64,000 nucleotides of DNA from Chlorokybus atmophyticus (taxonomy: Eukaryota > Plantae > Mesostigma and Chlorokybus algae). Both the position numbers and the translations under genes were made by a program. The stretch is from positions 996,451 to 1,060,450 of the forward strand of contig RHPI01002503.1 of assembly GCA_009103225.1 (NCBI GenBank), given 5' to 3'. Positions 12,731 through 25,220 of this stretch are shown here, piece by piece (the stretch's first letter is position 1; each line of letters opens with the position of its first letter). A model generated the notes under the pieces. The model was not told the DNA's origin and made no database searches. It saw only the letters and a list, made by a program, of their open reading frames with translations.

Positions 12731-14613
12731 AGTAATAACATGGACGACATATGCTTACAGGGTTAATGTCGATGTGAATCCTTGCTTTGCTGCCGTGAGC
12801 TACACCTGCTCCGAACATGCCGCACCTGCATGTATGCGTGTAAGCGCGCATATTGCAAAGACAGAGTGATAGAGCATGTGCATGCTCATGCGTGCGTGTA
12901 TGTATGGCCAAGTGTGTGCTTCGTGTGCGTTGGTGCAACGATTTGCCCTCCCCACCCCCTTACGCACAGGAGCCACCGCCCTGCGCACACATCCTTACGC
13001 ACAGCAGCCTGCTGTGCGTAAGGATGGCTCCACCGCCGCTTGGTGCTTTAAGCCGTGCACTGCAAGCGCAGGCAGCGCCTGCACCCTTAACTTATCTAAA
13101 CCATGAGAGCACTACAAACCCTTTTCCCACTCCTTCAAGCTACTTTCAGCGCCGCCGCCGCCGCCGCCGCCGCCGCCAACGCCGCCGCCAACGCCAACGC
13201 CAACCTGACGCTCACTGGCTCACTGTTAAGCGTTAATCTCGTAACGCTTAGGCTGGGGGGAGAGGAAAACTTAATACCTAATCACTACTTGGTTATGTAC
13301 ATATAACGTACCTAACCTAAATGACTGGCGGAGACATAATTGTCTACACACATAGCCGGCACACTGTCTACGTAGACAATTATCAATACATATACGCATT
13401 CGGTGTGCCCGAGCAGCTTCCATGGGCAAACAATTAACTCAGGAAAGTCAGCGCCTGTGTCTACGTCGTCGTAGAGTGAGAAGTCTTGATGCGTCGGCAA
13501 GGGCAGACTCGTCTTCGTCCATCGACGTGGACACATGAATCCATTTTGCCTTAATGACGGCGAGTGTCGATGTCGACGTGTGGGTGCATTGTTGCGCTCA
13601 AGTTTCTGTTTTTCTGCCGGCATTTCCCCACCAGCAAAAACAGGCCATTCCGGTCATTCCCACTACACTCTATGTGCGGACCGTACGATTGGGCCTACAC
13701 CGACCGCACTGCACCGGCACCTTTAGAATGTCACACAACGTTATGCTCATACGGTTGTCACCAAACCCACGCAACGACGTCGATAAGCGTGGACGATTTC
13801 CGCCATGCCTACGTGCACCATCGACGCACAGCGACGGCCTACGCGGGAAGGTGTCGACATAGAGCGACAGTCGCTTTCAGTCGACATCGACAGCATAGTC
13901 CAAGCACGACAAAATGAGTTAATAGGAACCCCTCGGGCACACCGACTGAGTACACTGTAGCAGGAATGTAGCCTCCATTGCTTGCGAACTGACATCGTGC
14001 CACGTGACGTCACGGTGTCTGACAGTGACACCTTTGGCAGGCGCTCTTCCGTGCACGTTCACTCTACTACTCACCACGTCCACTGTCTACTCGAACGTTG
14101 ATTGCCTGCCAACGGCAAACGGCGAGCAGCATATACGGTACTCACAACAGCGCCGTTAACGCCAATGCTTGACGGGTGGCGGCCGCGGCGGCAGTGTCGC
14201 TGGCGGTGTCGGTGGCTTGGTCGCCTTGGCTACTGCGGGCAAGCTGCCCTGATGATGGGCTGTCGGTGTCTTGATTGATAGAAGTTGGCACGCCTCCCGC
14301 CGCCGTGATGCCTCTGGCAGGATCTGAGTCAGGGTCAGGGCAGCAGCCTGCCCCGTGTTGAGGGCCGCTTGCCAGCAGTGAGCAGGCGGGAGGCTGTGCT
14401 GGGGTTTGAGATGTTTGTACTTGCTTTGCGGGTGGCTTAGTTGGTAGGTAGCGAGGTGGATGTCGTCCGCAGGGTAGCGGGCGATGTCGTCGGCGTCACG
14501 GGCCGGCGACGGGCTGTGGGTGGCGTTTGTGGCTAGGTGCACCTGCGGCTACTACTGGCTTCCGCTGTCGCCGCCTCGGGCGGCTGCGGCAGCTTGTTGG
14601 CATCGCTAGAGCC

Positions 14614-17600
14614 ATGGCCATGGGCGGGGAGGCGTGGGGCATGGGCGCCGGTTCAGTGACATCTGTCGGGACGGCGCAGGCCGAGCAGCAGCAGCAGCAG
14701 CGAGCATCCGCCTCGAACAGTGCTGAAGCACAGCCATGCGATGACGTTAGGCTTGCCAATTTGCTGCGCAGTCGAGGGAAGCTGACGGAGGCACTGGCAC
14801 TCTATGATCGTGCGCTGGTACGCTCTTTGCATGCACCAGCTTTGAAGCCCTGTTTTGTTGAACCTGCGTAGCTATCCCCTTCTGTATTGTATACTATCTA
14901 AGCATCCTGCCAGTGCATGTCATGCCAAATTAAGTCAGCTTCAGGAGGGATAGGAGAAATAAGCTCAGGGAGAGCTTTGGCTATGCGTCAATGAATAGAG
15001 TCTCGTCGAGAGAGAGCGCTTACCCATATAGACTAAGCAACCCCTTCGCAGCAATATGGCGACTGGGTGGCGTCAATAAACTGTACTTCGCGGTGCCTCA
15101 GTAGTTTGAAGTCAATAGGTACGATGCTGTTGCTGTTTGTACAGTATATGTAACGGGTACGTGTAGCACACTTCAAATCGGCCTTGTCATCTTCGCGCAG
15201 TCCAGTTGCGCAATATCAGCAGCTCGTAAGCGATGCAAGAGCCATACCACAAATATGCACAGGTTGCGCTTCTGCGTGGATGTCAAAACTCTTCCTTGTG
15301 GGCAGAATTGCGATATGCGTGGTATCATGCATGTTCGTGAGCTTGGCGCTGGCGCTGCAAGCCTGCGACTGGCACCTTGCGGTCGCAAGGCAGTCCTGTC
15401 TTTTGGAGCGTCAATGTCCTACGCTTCTTGTTACTCCGTTGAGCTGCTGGGCTGTGTAATAGCGCAAGGTTGGTAAGGTTTAAGGTTTGAGGTCTAGCAA
15501 CTCAGCGTTGGAGTTGGGTGCAAAGATGGTCAAGTCAGAGTTGTAGTTTAACGGCGTCTATTTAGTGTTATATTTCAGTGTGATGTAAAGTGTTTTTCTC
15601 GGGTGCATTGTGTGATGTCGAAATGCAGTGCTTATGACCTTCCCCACAATTTTGGTTTTCCAGGCGTCCTCTGCATCCAAGAGCCAGATCTACACCGAGA
15701 AGGGTACATGCTTGCGCATACTTGGGAGGATGCGGCCGGCACTTGAGGCATTGACTCAAGCCCTGAACTTGGATCCAAATAGTGCGCAAGCACTAAATCA
15801 GTGCGGGCTGATCCACAAAGAGCAGGGTCTTCTCATGGAAGCTGCATATGTAAGGCCCCTGTCTTGTGCCTGGCCCGTGTTAGTATTCGTCCATTTACTC
15901 AGTATCCTGTATTGTTGTTCTCATACAGAAGTGGCAGACGGTTTGAGCGTGTATTGATTATATGCAAGATAGGTGCATGTATGGCCATTTTTCCTAGGGT
16001 GTTTCACTGCGCCCCTTTAGTCTCAGCATGTCGTTGGGTTGATTTACGCCTGGCACAGTAGCATGCATGGCGACCATGGAGTTCTTCCATCCTGGTGCCT
16101 GTGCCAAGTTACAACCCTGGTTACAGGCGTATGGTAAGGCGCTGGCGGCCGATCCGAATATGCAGGAAGCCCGGGAGAATCTGGCGGTGGTTTTGACTGA
16201 CTTGGGGACACGTCTGAAGCTAGCTGGCCATGTACAGGAGGGAGTCGCAAAGTATTATGAAGCCCTAAACATTGACCCCCACTATGCGGTAAGTATGGTG
16301 TGTTGGAAACAAATGAACGACCCTTGCCATCAGTCAATAGGTATTGATACTGTCACTGTCTGTTTGCGTGCGAATGCGGTCTATGCAGCCGGCATACTAC
16401 AATCTTGGAGTGGTTTACTCTGAAGTGGGACAGTACGACCAAGCCTTGAAGCTGTATCAGACAGCCGCCCACCTGAAGCCACTTTACGCGGAAGCGCATT
16501 GCAATCTTGGCGTTATACACAAGAACAAAGGCGACCTCGCTGCAGCCATTGCGGCGTATGAGAGGTACATTGAAAGACAATGTTGACTTTTGTTTGATGC
16601 AGAAGTATCGCGCATTCGTGCTGACCTTATCATTTCACTTGGTGTCCTGATGTCAGGTGTCTTGCGATTGCGCCCAATTTTACCATTGCACGCAACAACC
16701 TGGCTATTGCGTACACAGATTTCGGGACGAAGGTTAGTGCTGCACGGTGTTCTGTGAGCGATGGTTGTCACCTGGCATGATGTCAAGGAGTTGTTCAATA
16801 GCCATGTTGTTAATTGCGTGCATGTGCAGGTTAAGCTGGAAGGACGAGTCCAGGAGGGCATTGCGTACTATCAGAAGGCATTGGTGTACAATTCTCAGTA
16901 TCCCGATGCACTATACAACTTGGGGGTTGCATATGGGGAGACAGCGCAGTATGACAAGGTGGATCACACAGTCACTGTTCCTTCTATTGTTGCTGGTTAA
17001 GCGGGCCATATGGAGTTGTCACATTGTTGACACTGACTGCACGCGTGGTGCAGGCCATTGTTATGTATGAGCTGGCAGTGCACTTCAATCCAGCGTGTGC
17101 AGAAGCATACAACAATCTGGGCGTCATTCACAAGGATCGAGAAAATCTGGACAAGGCTGTGGAGTGCTATCAGATGGCTTTGCTCATCAAGCCCCAGTTT
17201 TCGCAATCCCTCAACAACCTGGGTGTAGTGTACACTGTGCAAGGGAAAATGGATCAAGCGTTGCAGATGATTCAGGCTGCCATTGCTGCCAACCCTCAGT
17301 ACGAAGAGGCGTACAACAACCTTGGCGTGTTGCATAGGGATGCCGGCAACATCCCTGAAGCCATTGCAGCCTATGAGCAGTGTTTGGCCATTGACCCAGA
17401 TTCGCGCAATGCTGGACAAAATCGTTTACTCGCATTGAATTACATCCAGGAAACCGCTGAGGATGATGTGCTCTACCATGCCCACAAAGAGTGGGGAGAT
17501 AGGTTTCAGCGGTTGTTCGCGCTATGTCCACCGCCGTTGCAAAGTGCTGATCGCGATCGTCCTATCACCATAGGTTATGTGTCGCCGGACTTCTTCACGC

Positions 17601-19137
17601 ACTCTGTGTCTTACTTCATCATGGCCCCGCTGCTACATCACAGCTACGCCAATTTCCGCATCATATGCTACTCTGCTGTCGTGAAGGGCGACCAGAAGAC
17701 TCAGAAGTTTAGGGAGGTTGTTGAGAGTCGCGGTGGCGTCTGGAAGGAGATCACAGGCATTGATGAGCGATCAGTTGCGCAGCTGGTGCAACAAGACGGT
17801 GTTGACATCTTGGTGGAGCTGACCGGGCATACTGCCAACAATCGTCTGGGCACCATGGCGTGCAAGCCTGCCCCAGTGCAGGTATGAAGAGTTACTGGCT
17901 TTCAACTTGAAAGTCGAATATGACGGCGTGTGGCCATACTAGCCAAAAGGATAACTTAAGATTTGCATATTTTGCTAGTGTCAATGAACCCTCACCTGGC
18001 TTGCGATTGCAGGTTACATGGATTGGCTACCCCAATTCAAGCGGCTTATCTACTATAGACTATCGGCTAACAGATGCCATCGTGGATTCCCCAGAGACCA
18101 AGCAGCAGTTTGTGGAGGAGCTTATCAGGCTGCCCGGTTGCTTTTTATGTTATACTCCTGCCCCCACAGCACCCCCAGTTGCACCTGCACCCTGCCTGTC
18201 ATGTGGGTTTGTCACCTTCGGTAGCTTCAACAACCTCGCTAAGATGACTCGGCGCGTGCTGGCTCTATGGGGCCGCATTCTTCGCAGTGTCCCAAACAGC
18301 AGGCTTGTATTGAAGTGCAAACCCTTCACCAGCCCCACTGTGCAAGTAGGTGTCAACGAAGCATGCCGCACTGCAAGCTCTGAGGAGTGGTAGTCTGTCT
18401 TGCTCACTTGCTCTTGTCTTTGGCAACTGTCGCATTGGCAGAGACGGTTTTTGAGCATCATGGCAGAGGAAGGCGTTGATGCTGTGCGGATCGACTTGAT
18501 GCCGTTGATGCTGCTCAACAGCGACCACTTAAACAGTTACTCGCTCATGGACATCAGCCTTGACACATTCCCATATGCGGGCACTACCACAACATGCGAG
18601 TCGCTCTACATGGGAGTGCCTTGCATTGCTCTGGCAGGGGATCTCCATGCACACAATGTGGGGGTTACCCTTCTATCCCAACTTGGTAAAGTGCTCATGC
18701 GCCATGTCTACAAACCCGTAAGTGTGATAGTTGCGAGTAGTGTCGCTGACTCTAACACTGCATTTCATGCAGGGCTGCACGAACACATAGCTCAATCTGA
18801 GGACGAGTATGTGGACATTGCTGTCTCAATGGCAGCCGACATTCCAGCGCTCGGCAACCTGCGCGCCGTTATGCGAGAGCGAATGCTGTCATCTCGTCTG
18901 TGTGATGGCCCGAACTTCACACGTGATCTTGAGCGCACATACCGCATGCTGTGGGAGCGCTGGTGCAACCAGCAAGCCGACAAGCGCGCTGCGACACCGC
19001 TAGCGCCAGCTGTCCGCGTCAACTCTCCGGTCATTGAGAGTCCCTCACAAGCACTAGGCACCAGCTCTATGAGCTCCAAAAGCCACATCCGCACGCAGAA
19101 GTTCGGCGCTGCAGGCCGCAATGCAGCGCGCTGCTAG
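14614..19137 (+). CDS. SPY: SPINDLY protein O-fucosyltransferase (TPR repeats plus catalytic domain), multi-exon
   Basis: TPRs (AYYNLGVVYSE, AEAYNNLGVIHKDRENLDKAVECYQMAL), RNAGQNRLLALNY, IGYVSPDFFTHSVSYF, DILVELTGHTANNRLG, PVQVTWIGYPN, TFGSFNNLAK, DISLDTFPYAGTTTTCESLYMGVPC. Confidence 0.95.
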
Positions 19138-19549
19138 TATTTGCTCCTGTGTTGTAAATTCTTGTTGTCTTGTCCTTTTCGCACGTCGTTGCGGCAGACC
19201 ACGCTGCGATGCATTGTGGCTGACGGTTGGGTAGAGTTGTCTGTAGGTTTAGTTGCGCATTGTTGTTAACAATTGCACTCATGGGGCAGCAACTGTCTGT
19301 TGCCATTTATTTTGGCTTTGTCGCTAAGCAATCGTGTAGATGTTTACTTCCTCACCACCCACTGCAATAGCTACGTATATTAACAAAGAATGCAATGCTG
19401 TGATTGTGACAACTGTGACCAGCATGAGACATGCATGTTGAAGTCATGCACATACAGTCTTTGCATATGCATGACCTCACCATGACATAGCACAGCGACA
19501 ACTGACAGTATCCAGTCAGTTTGACTGATATGCTGACGTGTTAAATGCT

Positions 19550-20780
19550 GGCATATTGCATGCTAACCATAACGTGTACACACCAATTGTCTCGCGCATA
19601 TCCTGTACATACCTGTTGCGCATTTTCTGTACACTGCGGCCTGGCGAGGGCAGGGCATTGTGAGAGAGAAGAGGAGAATGGTGAGTAGCGGTGGCGGCGA
19701 TCGAGGAGGGTGGGGGAGTCCACGTTTGCTGCTGTCATTGAAGCTGCAAGGGCGGGCCAGTAACCCACACAGCTGTGGTGCAGGTGATGGCTTGGACATA
19801 CATCACGTGCATATTCTGTACACTTGCGTGCTTGTATGACTAACGGGGAACGCGAGTAGAGTAGTAGTAGGGTAGACAGCATAGCCCGGTGGTGGACTGC
19901 GCAAGAAGTGGTGTTGTACGTGCTTGTGATGAGTGACACCCCATGCATTGTTGCGAATGTCACCCTAGGTATGCAGCATATGAAGCATCTTTTGTACACA
20001 CCACGCACTGGCTGGTGCCGGGATCATCGCATGCCAGATGCAAGTTAGGCGGCTTCTTAGTGGAGGGAGAGCCTGGCTACCCTAAGTCACGGCATAGGGA
20101 TGTATGCCTCTTGTTTGGTGTGGTGCATGCATGCTGTGCGTGTGACTGCATGTTTTTATAAGGTTAGGGGTGCTTATCCACGGGCACCATGAATGCATAG
20201 TTCCAGTAGTGAGGATTAGCGCCAACCCCGTTGGCCATACGAGGCAATGCGCGATCTCCATCTGCGGGAGCATGATGAAGACCAAGTAAAAGTCATTTTA
20301 AAGCACTGCTGTGGCACATGGGAAGCGGTTCCATCCGCCCATCACCGGAGTGGCGCACTTAGCGACGTCTATCTAGCCAGTTTGCTGTCATGCTAACCCT
20401 AACTTGTACACACTGCGGCCTAAAGAGGGTGGGGCATAGTGAGAGAGAAGCAGAGGATGGCGACCGGCGGCGGCGGCGGTGTGGAGGAGGTAGGAAAACT
20501 TCACTGAGTCTGCTGCTGTTATTGAAGCTGCAATGGTGGGCTTTTAACCCCGGGTTAATGTGACAGCCGTGGTGCAAGTGATGACTTGGGCACTTGCGTG
20601 CTTGTATCATACATTATGATAACCAACGCGGAAGGCGAGTACAGTAGTAATAGAGTAAATAGCATAGCCTGGTGGATTGCATAGAAGGTGATGCTGTATT
20701 TGCTGATGATGAGTGACACCGCAGGCATTGTTATGCATGCCACCTATGCATGTAGCATATGAAGCATATAATCTTTTATA
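19550..20780. repeat. Diverged direct duplication (~19550-19995 and ~20390-20780), probably non-autonomous element remnants
   Basis: Shared blocks catgctaacc(a/c)taac(g/t)tgtacacac, gtgcttgtat, gatgagtgacacc, gcatatgaagcat in the same order. Confidence 0.6.
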
Positions 20781-21521
20781 CATCTTGTGAGTTACAGCAT
20801 CGCATGTATGCTAGACAAAAGTAACATTTGCTACCACCGCCAGGCTAGGTACACAGCTGTATCGCGCATTACATGTACAATCAAGCTATCTAACTTCATT
20901 GGTAACCCCAGTCCATTAAGCATATCTGCTTGCACGTTAAGTTATGTGCCTACCAAGCGTGATGTATTTGATTGACAACCATGACAGCAGCAACAGCAGG
21001 CAGACGAGCTGGACTCTCTCCCTCCCTTCCTCTCCCTCCTCCTTTCTCCAATGTCAGCAGTGCTGAGGGCTACACAGCTTGAACCTTCGGCCGCCAAATT
21101 GAGTGCGGCAGCATGTCATGGCTGTCATTTGTGTGCACACTCATGATGCATCTTTTTCTGTTCTTCCTCTAGCGCCCTCCCCCGCCGGTAATGAAAGCGA
21201 AAAAGCGCACAATAAACATTTTCCCCCTCATATGCTTGTCGATGCGCAGCCCAAAGTTTTTACTAATGTGCATTAGCACATGGCACATACGACATCGCAC
21301 AATACTCACCAATTGGAACACATACTGGCGGCGGCTAGCATGCGATTAAGCATCTATTGCTCATAACTTGTGGACATATGCAATTATAATCCAAGGTGGT
21401 GGGGTGCAATGCAAATAATAATTGTGTGCAAAGAGTAGAGGGTGCCCATCTACGCAAACGCAAAAGTGGAGAGGAGCAAAGAGGAGTAGAGGTTCAGCAA
21501 GTAACGCTGCAAGCAACATAG

Positions 21522-21522
<1 letters not shown>

Positions 21523-21571
<49 letters not shown>
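21523..21571. repeat. (GA)n microsatellite
   Basis: Direct reading. Confidence 0.95.
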
Positions 21572-21574
<3 letters not shown>

Positions 21575-22499
21575 TGGCATTGAGTAATTGTTTGTGCTAG
21601 CAGGCTTATTAGCACTATAATGGCTACTGTACTGTTTATGGTACTTGTACTATGGAAAGTATTAGAAAGTCGGACTTTTTGGCCACCAAGTTGCTAACTG
21701 TGTTGAATTGATTTAGTCTAGTAGTCGTGTCATATATGGTTGGAAGCTGAATTCGAAGGCCTGCACCAGAAATTAACGTTTAAAATTGTTGGTCTATGGT
21801 GCAGCACATCATGACCCACAAGTCATGATGTAGCTCACGTTGTATGTATTAAGCATATCACGGCTACCAACCTTGTATAACAATGGCATTGATACGTGCT
21901 AGCAAACGTATATTATATTTACTTGCGCGTACATAACAAGTTTAAGATGTTCTTAAGTCATAACATCATGGCACATTACGCAGCTGCATGCCACATACTT
22001 CTCATGTCTCGAAAATTCAGGCCGGGCTCGTGTGATGATCAGCCCAACAAGTGTAATTTCTGGTTGTTTACGTCATAAGGAATGTTTCTGAAGGAGGGTT
22101 TAATCTAGGAAGGTTTATGTTAATGGTAGCATGTTACCTAAGTTGCATAAAAACAGTTTAGAATGCAATGTAGTTACCGGTCAGCCAAATGTTGAGGCAG
22201 GCTTTATGCACGCTTGTAATTGAATGCGTACTTGAAATTGTGCATAAAGAAGACATTGTATGACAGTGAAAACTCCATGTTGAAGAAGGGTGTAACTCAT
22301 GAGATGTATTTGTAGCAATACGGCATTCGAGTTTAATTTCATTCAAAAAAAGTTGTCACCTGCAGTCTTAATGCCCTTTTGTCAACAGAAGAAGGAATTT
22401 ATCTATTTAATCGTTGAAGAGGCATAGACCAACCTCTTTAATGAATCCAAATAGCTGCTGTAGCATTCAAATGGGGGGGGGCGGACAAAAGCAACTAGC

Positions 22500-24190
22500 G
22501 GTGCGGCTGATTGGGCGGGATTGGGCCGGCCGGCCGGCCGGGAGGCCGGCATTAGGGCACAAAGATACATCACGCGCACTGAGGGCCATCACACACGGCA
22601 GCCGAGACTACATGCCTGCCGCGCATACCGAGCAGCCCGCCTGCCTCTCATTGGCTATGCGACGTTTATCAGCTATCGGCCATTCGATTTGTGTTAAACA
22701 AATCTCAACCTTCCAAACCACATCCCCATATCGTGCAATTGCACAAAGTATGCGAATGAATAAAAGAAATACATTTTGAGCACAACATGCACGGTGCACA
22801 TATGCGTCATGTGTGCGTTATACAGTCCACCCCCGCTAAAAGACTTTGCTCCAGGAGAATAACCCCGCTTGTAGCATACGTTTTGAGATCACCGACGATG
22901 CTACAGGCAAATGTTGGTGCTTCAGAGAATATGACTAACCGCGAAGAGCATAATATTTTTCATGACATTTTTGCAAATGTAAGTGTGTATATTCTTAACA
23001 TTAAGGGAGTAGCGCGTGACGGTTTATCATCAGGCGTAATGAGTGTGATGGACAAGGCGTGATGGGATACAGTGCAACACGTAATCAGCATAATGAGCGT
23101 GATGTAATGGGCGTGATGGGCGAATTACACTGCTTTATAGCATACAGATGCGCTTAATGTTTAAGAGCATATTACGCTATTTATCGCCAAGAGCATAACC
23201 CCGCCATGAGCAAACTACTTTTAAAAATAAACAGTATGCTATTAAATGGGGTAGACTATACAATAAATGTTTCAATGTAATTAGGTACAATTATGTACCT
23301 TAACTGTACAGTCTACCTCCGCTATATAAATCACGTGTATCTTTCAGCTTTCATTCCATCAACGGGGTTATTCTCTTGGCGTTTACAATAATATATACTA
23401 TTTTATTCTTTACATAATACATATTTTACTAACAGGGGCATTGCGAAATAACCATAAGCCACGTTATTATATTGTAACGTGGCATAAATTAAATCAACAA
23501 TAGTCAACAATAAATTGATTACCAATGGTATGTACGTAACTATATATGAGTCTATATATGAGTCTATGTAACTATATACGAGTCTTTTAACATGTTTATG
23601 CTTATAATCTTAAAATAAACATGCCATTAACGAGGTATTCCCCCGTAACAAGACTGAGCTCACTCAAGAATTAACCCTCCGTTGTAGTCTTATTGCGTAC
23701 AAAACTATTCCACTAACCGATGATATTTGGCTGTAAAACCATTGGTCTTTTGCAAATCTATGATCGCAACGGGGTTATTCTCATAAACCGAAGTCTTTTA
23801 ACGGGGGTAGACTATATAGTCTACCCTTTTGTAAGAGCATACTATTATCCTCAAAAATTGTATGCTTTTGGCAGGGTTATGCTCTTGAACGTTAAGAGCA
23901 TATATATGCTATAAGCGCAGATTCATTACGCCCATCACGCCTATTGGTCGGGCCGGCCGGCCTGTCGGCATTCAACCTACATCACACATCCCGCGCTAGG
24001 GCCATCACACGGCACCCGCGACTGCAGGGCTGCGCGGCAGTATGTGCGGCCCGCCTGCTCCTCATTGGCTAGGCGGCGAGAACAGGCGTTACACCGTTAG
24101 ATTTGCTCAAACACGATCCTGGCCGTCCAAGGCACATCCAATTGTTTAAGCGCATGCCAATAAATGTAACATTAAGCACAGTTCTGCATA
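22500..24190. repeat. Diverged ~270-bp direct repeats (22500-22790 and 23940-24190) with GGCC runs and CCAAT-type boxes, flanking the MITE stack
   Basis: Shared gggccggccggcc, agggccatcacac, gcccgcctgc..ctcattggcta blocks. Confidence 0.6.
22821..23940. mobile_element. Stack of three TA-flanked MITE-like copies (Tc1/mariner-pogo-type termini TA|YAGTCTACCCCCG)
   Basis: Copy A tacagtccacccccg 22821 to ggggtagactata 23260; copy B tacagtctacctccg 23307 to cgggggtagactata 23816; copy C starts tatagtctaccc 23815 sharing the TA; 23110-23260 is an inverted homologue of 23815-23940. Confidence 0.65.
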
Positions 24191-25220
24191 CATGGCCGCT
24201 TATGGCTGCATGTTGATCATTTTAATGTGTTACATTAATAATATTGATAAATATGGTGCAATATGGTGCAACATGGTGCGATATGATTAGCAAATGCTGT
24301 TAAGTGTTTTAAAACTTAATAACTAATGTAACGCTCACGCCACGGTACGTGCTGTAATATTTAGTAAATATTACTGAGATTACGACCATCAAAATAATGC
24401 TAACCTGAATTACCTTAACGTAAAGATTCAACTAAACGAAAAATTGCAGCGTTAGGCCACCATTTGGTCACGCATGAATTCGATCAAATGGGATCGCAAC
24501 GGTGACAACAGCCAGTTGCTCAAAAAGGCAGCGAAATGGCCAATCATTGCAAAGATGCGTAAAAGATGCTGAAACATATCTCAGCGGCAACCGCTTACCA
24601 ACGGCGACCCAAAATTGCTAGGGATTTGGTGCAATTGCGGCACAGTTGATGGTTAAAATGGCCGCGTTTTTGGCGGTACGAGGTCGGGGCAGGCCCCATA
24701 CCCCAAAGACATGCCGCCACTACTCACCCTTGTTCTAACTAATCCACTCTACCCTTTAACGCTAATTGATTACACGCTATAGTTACTGCGTCATCAAACA
24801 TGGTCAACAGCCGAATCACTCCAAGGCCGGGCTTGCCCATCAGATCAGGTCGTATCTCTCTGGTACCGGGCAGTAGTATCAGTGTTTGTCAATGAAATAG
24901 GTACAAGTAGTACCATGGTAGGGGCAGCGCGCGACGACGGCGTCACCACGAGCAAGGCGCGGCACAACGTGCTCTGCCAACGTTTATGAGGGGCTTGCAC
25001 AGCGACGTCGCCGACGAGGTAGGCGGCGGGAGGCATGGGGCGTTCATGGCTAGCCGTGGGCTAGTCCGAGTTGTGGGGTTGACAAGCGCGGGTAAGGCAC
25101 CTGTTTTCCTTCGTTAGAACTTGCTTTGGTGTCGGTAGGTCAGCGTTTGGGACCGCCGGCGGCGTGTTGCTGCTGTCGTCGGCGTCAGCAACAACATGCC
25201 TGGCTGTGACTGCAGCTGCC

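Noticed and set aside
12076-12766. Many poly-Q/N/T/C/V ORFs; superficially CRISPR-like repeat array
   Set aside because: The ORFs are translations of (AAC)n/(GTT)n repeats; intervals are not unique spacers and no cas genes are present.
13330-14100. Segment rich in GTCGAC/GTCTAC motifs, possible MITE
   Set aside because: No convincing TIR pair or TSD found.
15468-15495. Telomere-like ggtttaaggtttgagg in the long SPY intron
   Set aside because: Too short and degenerate to call an interstitial telomere.
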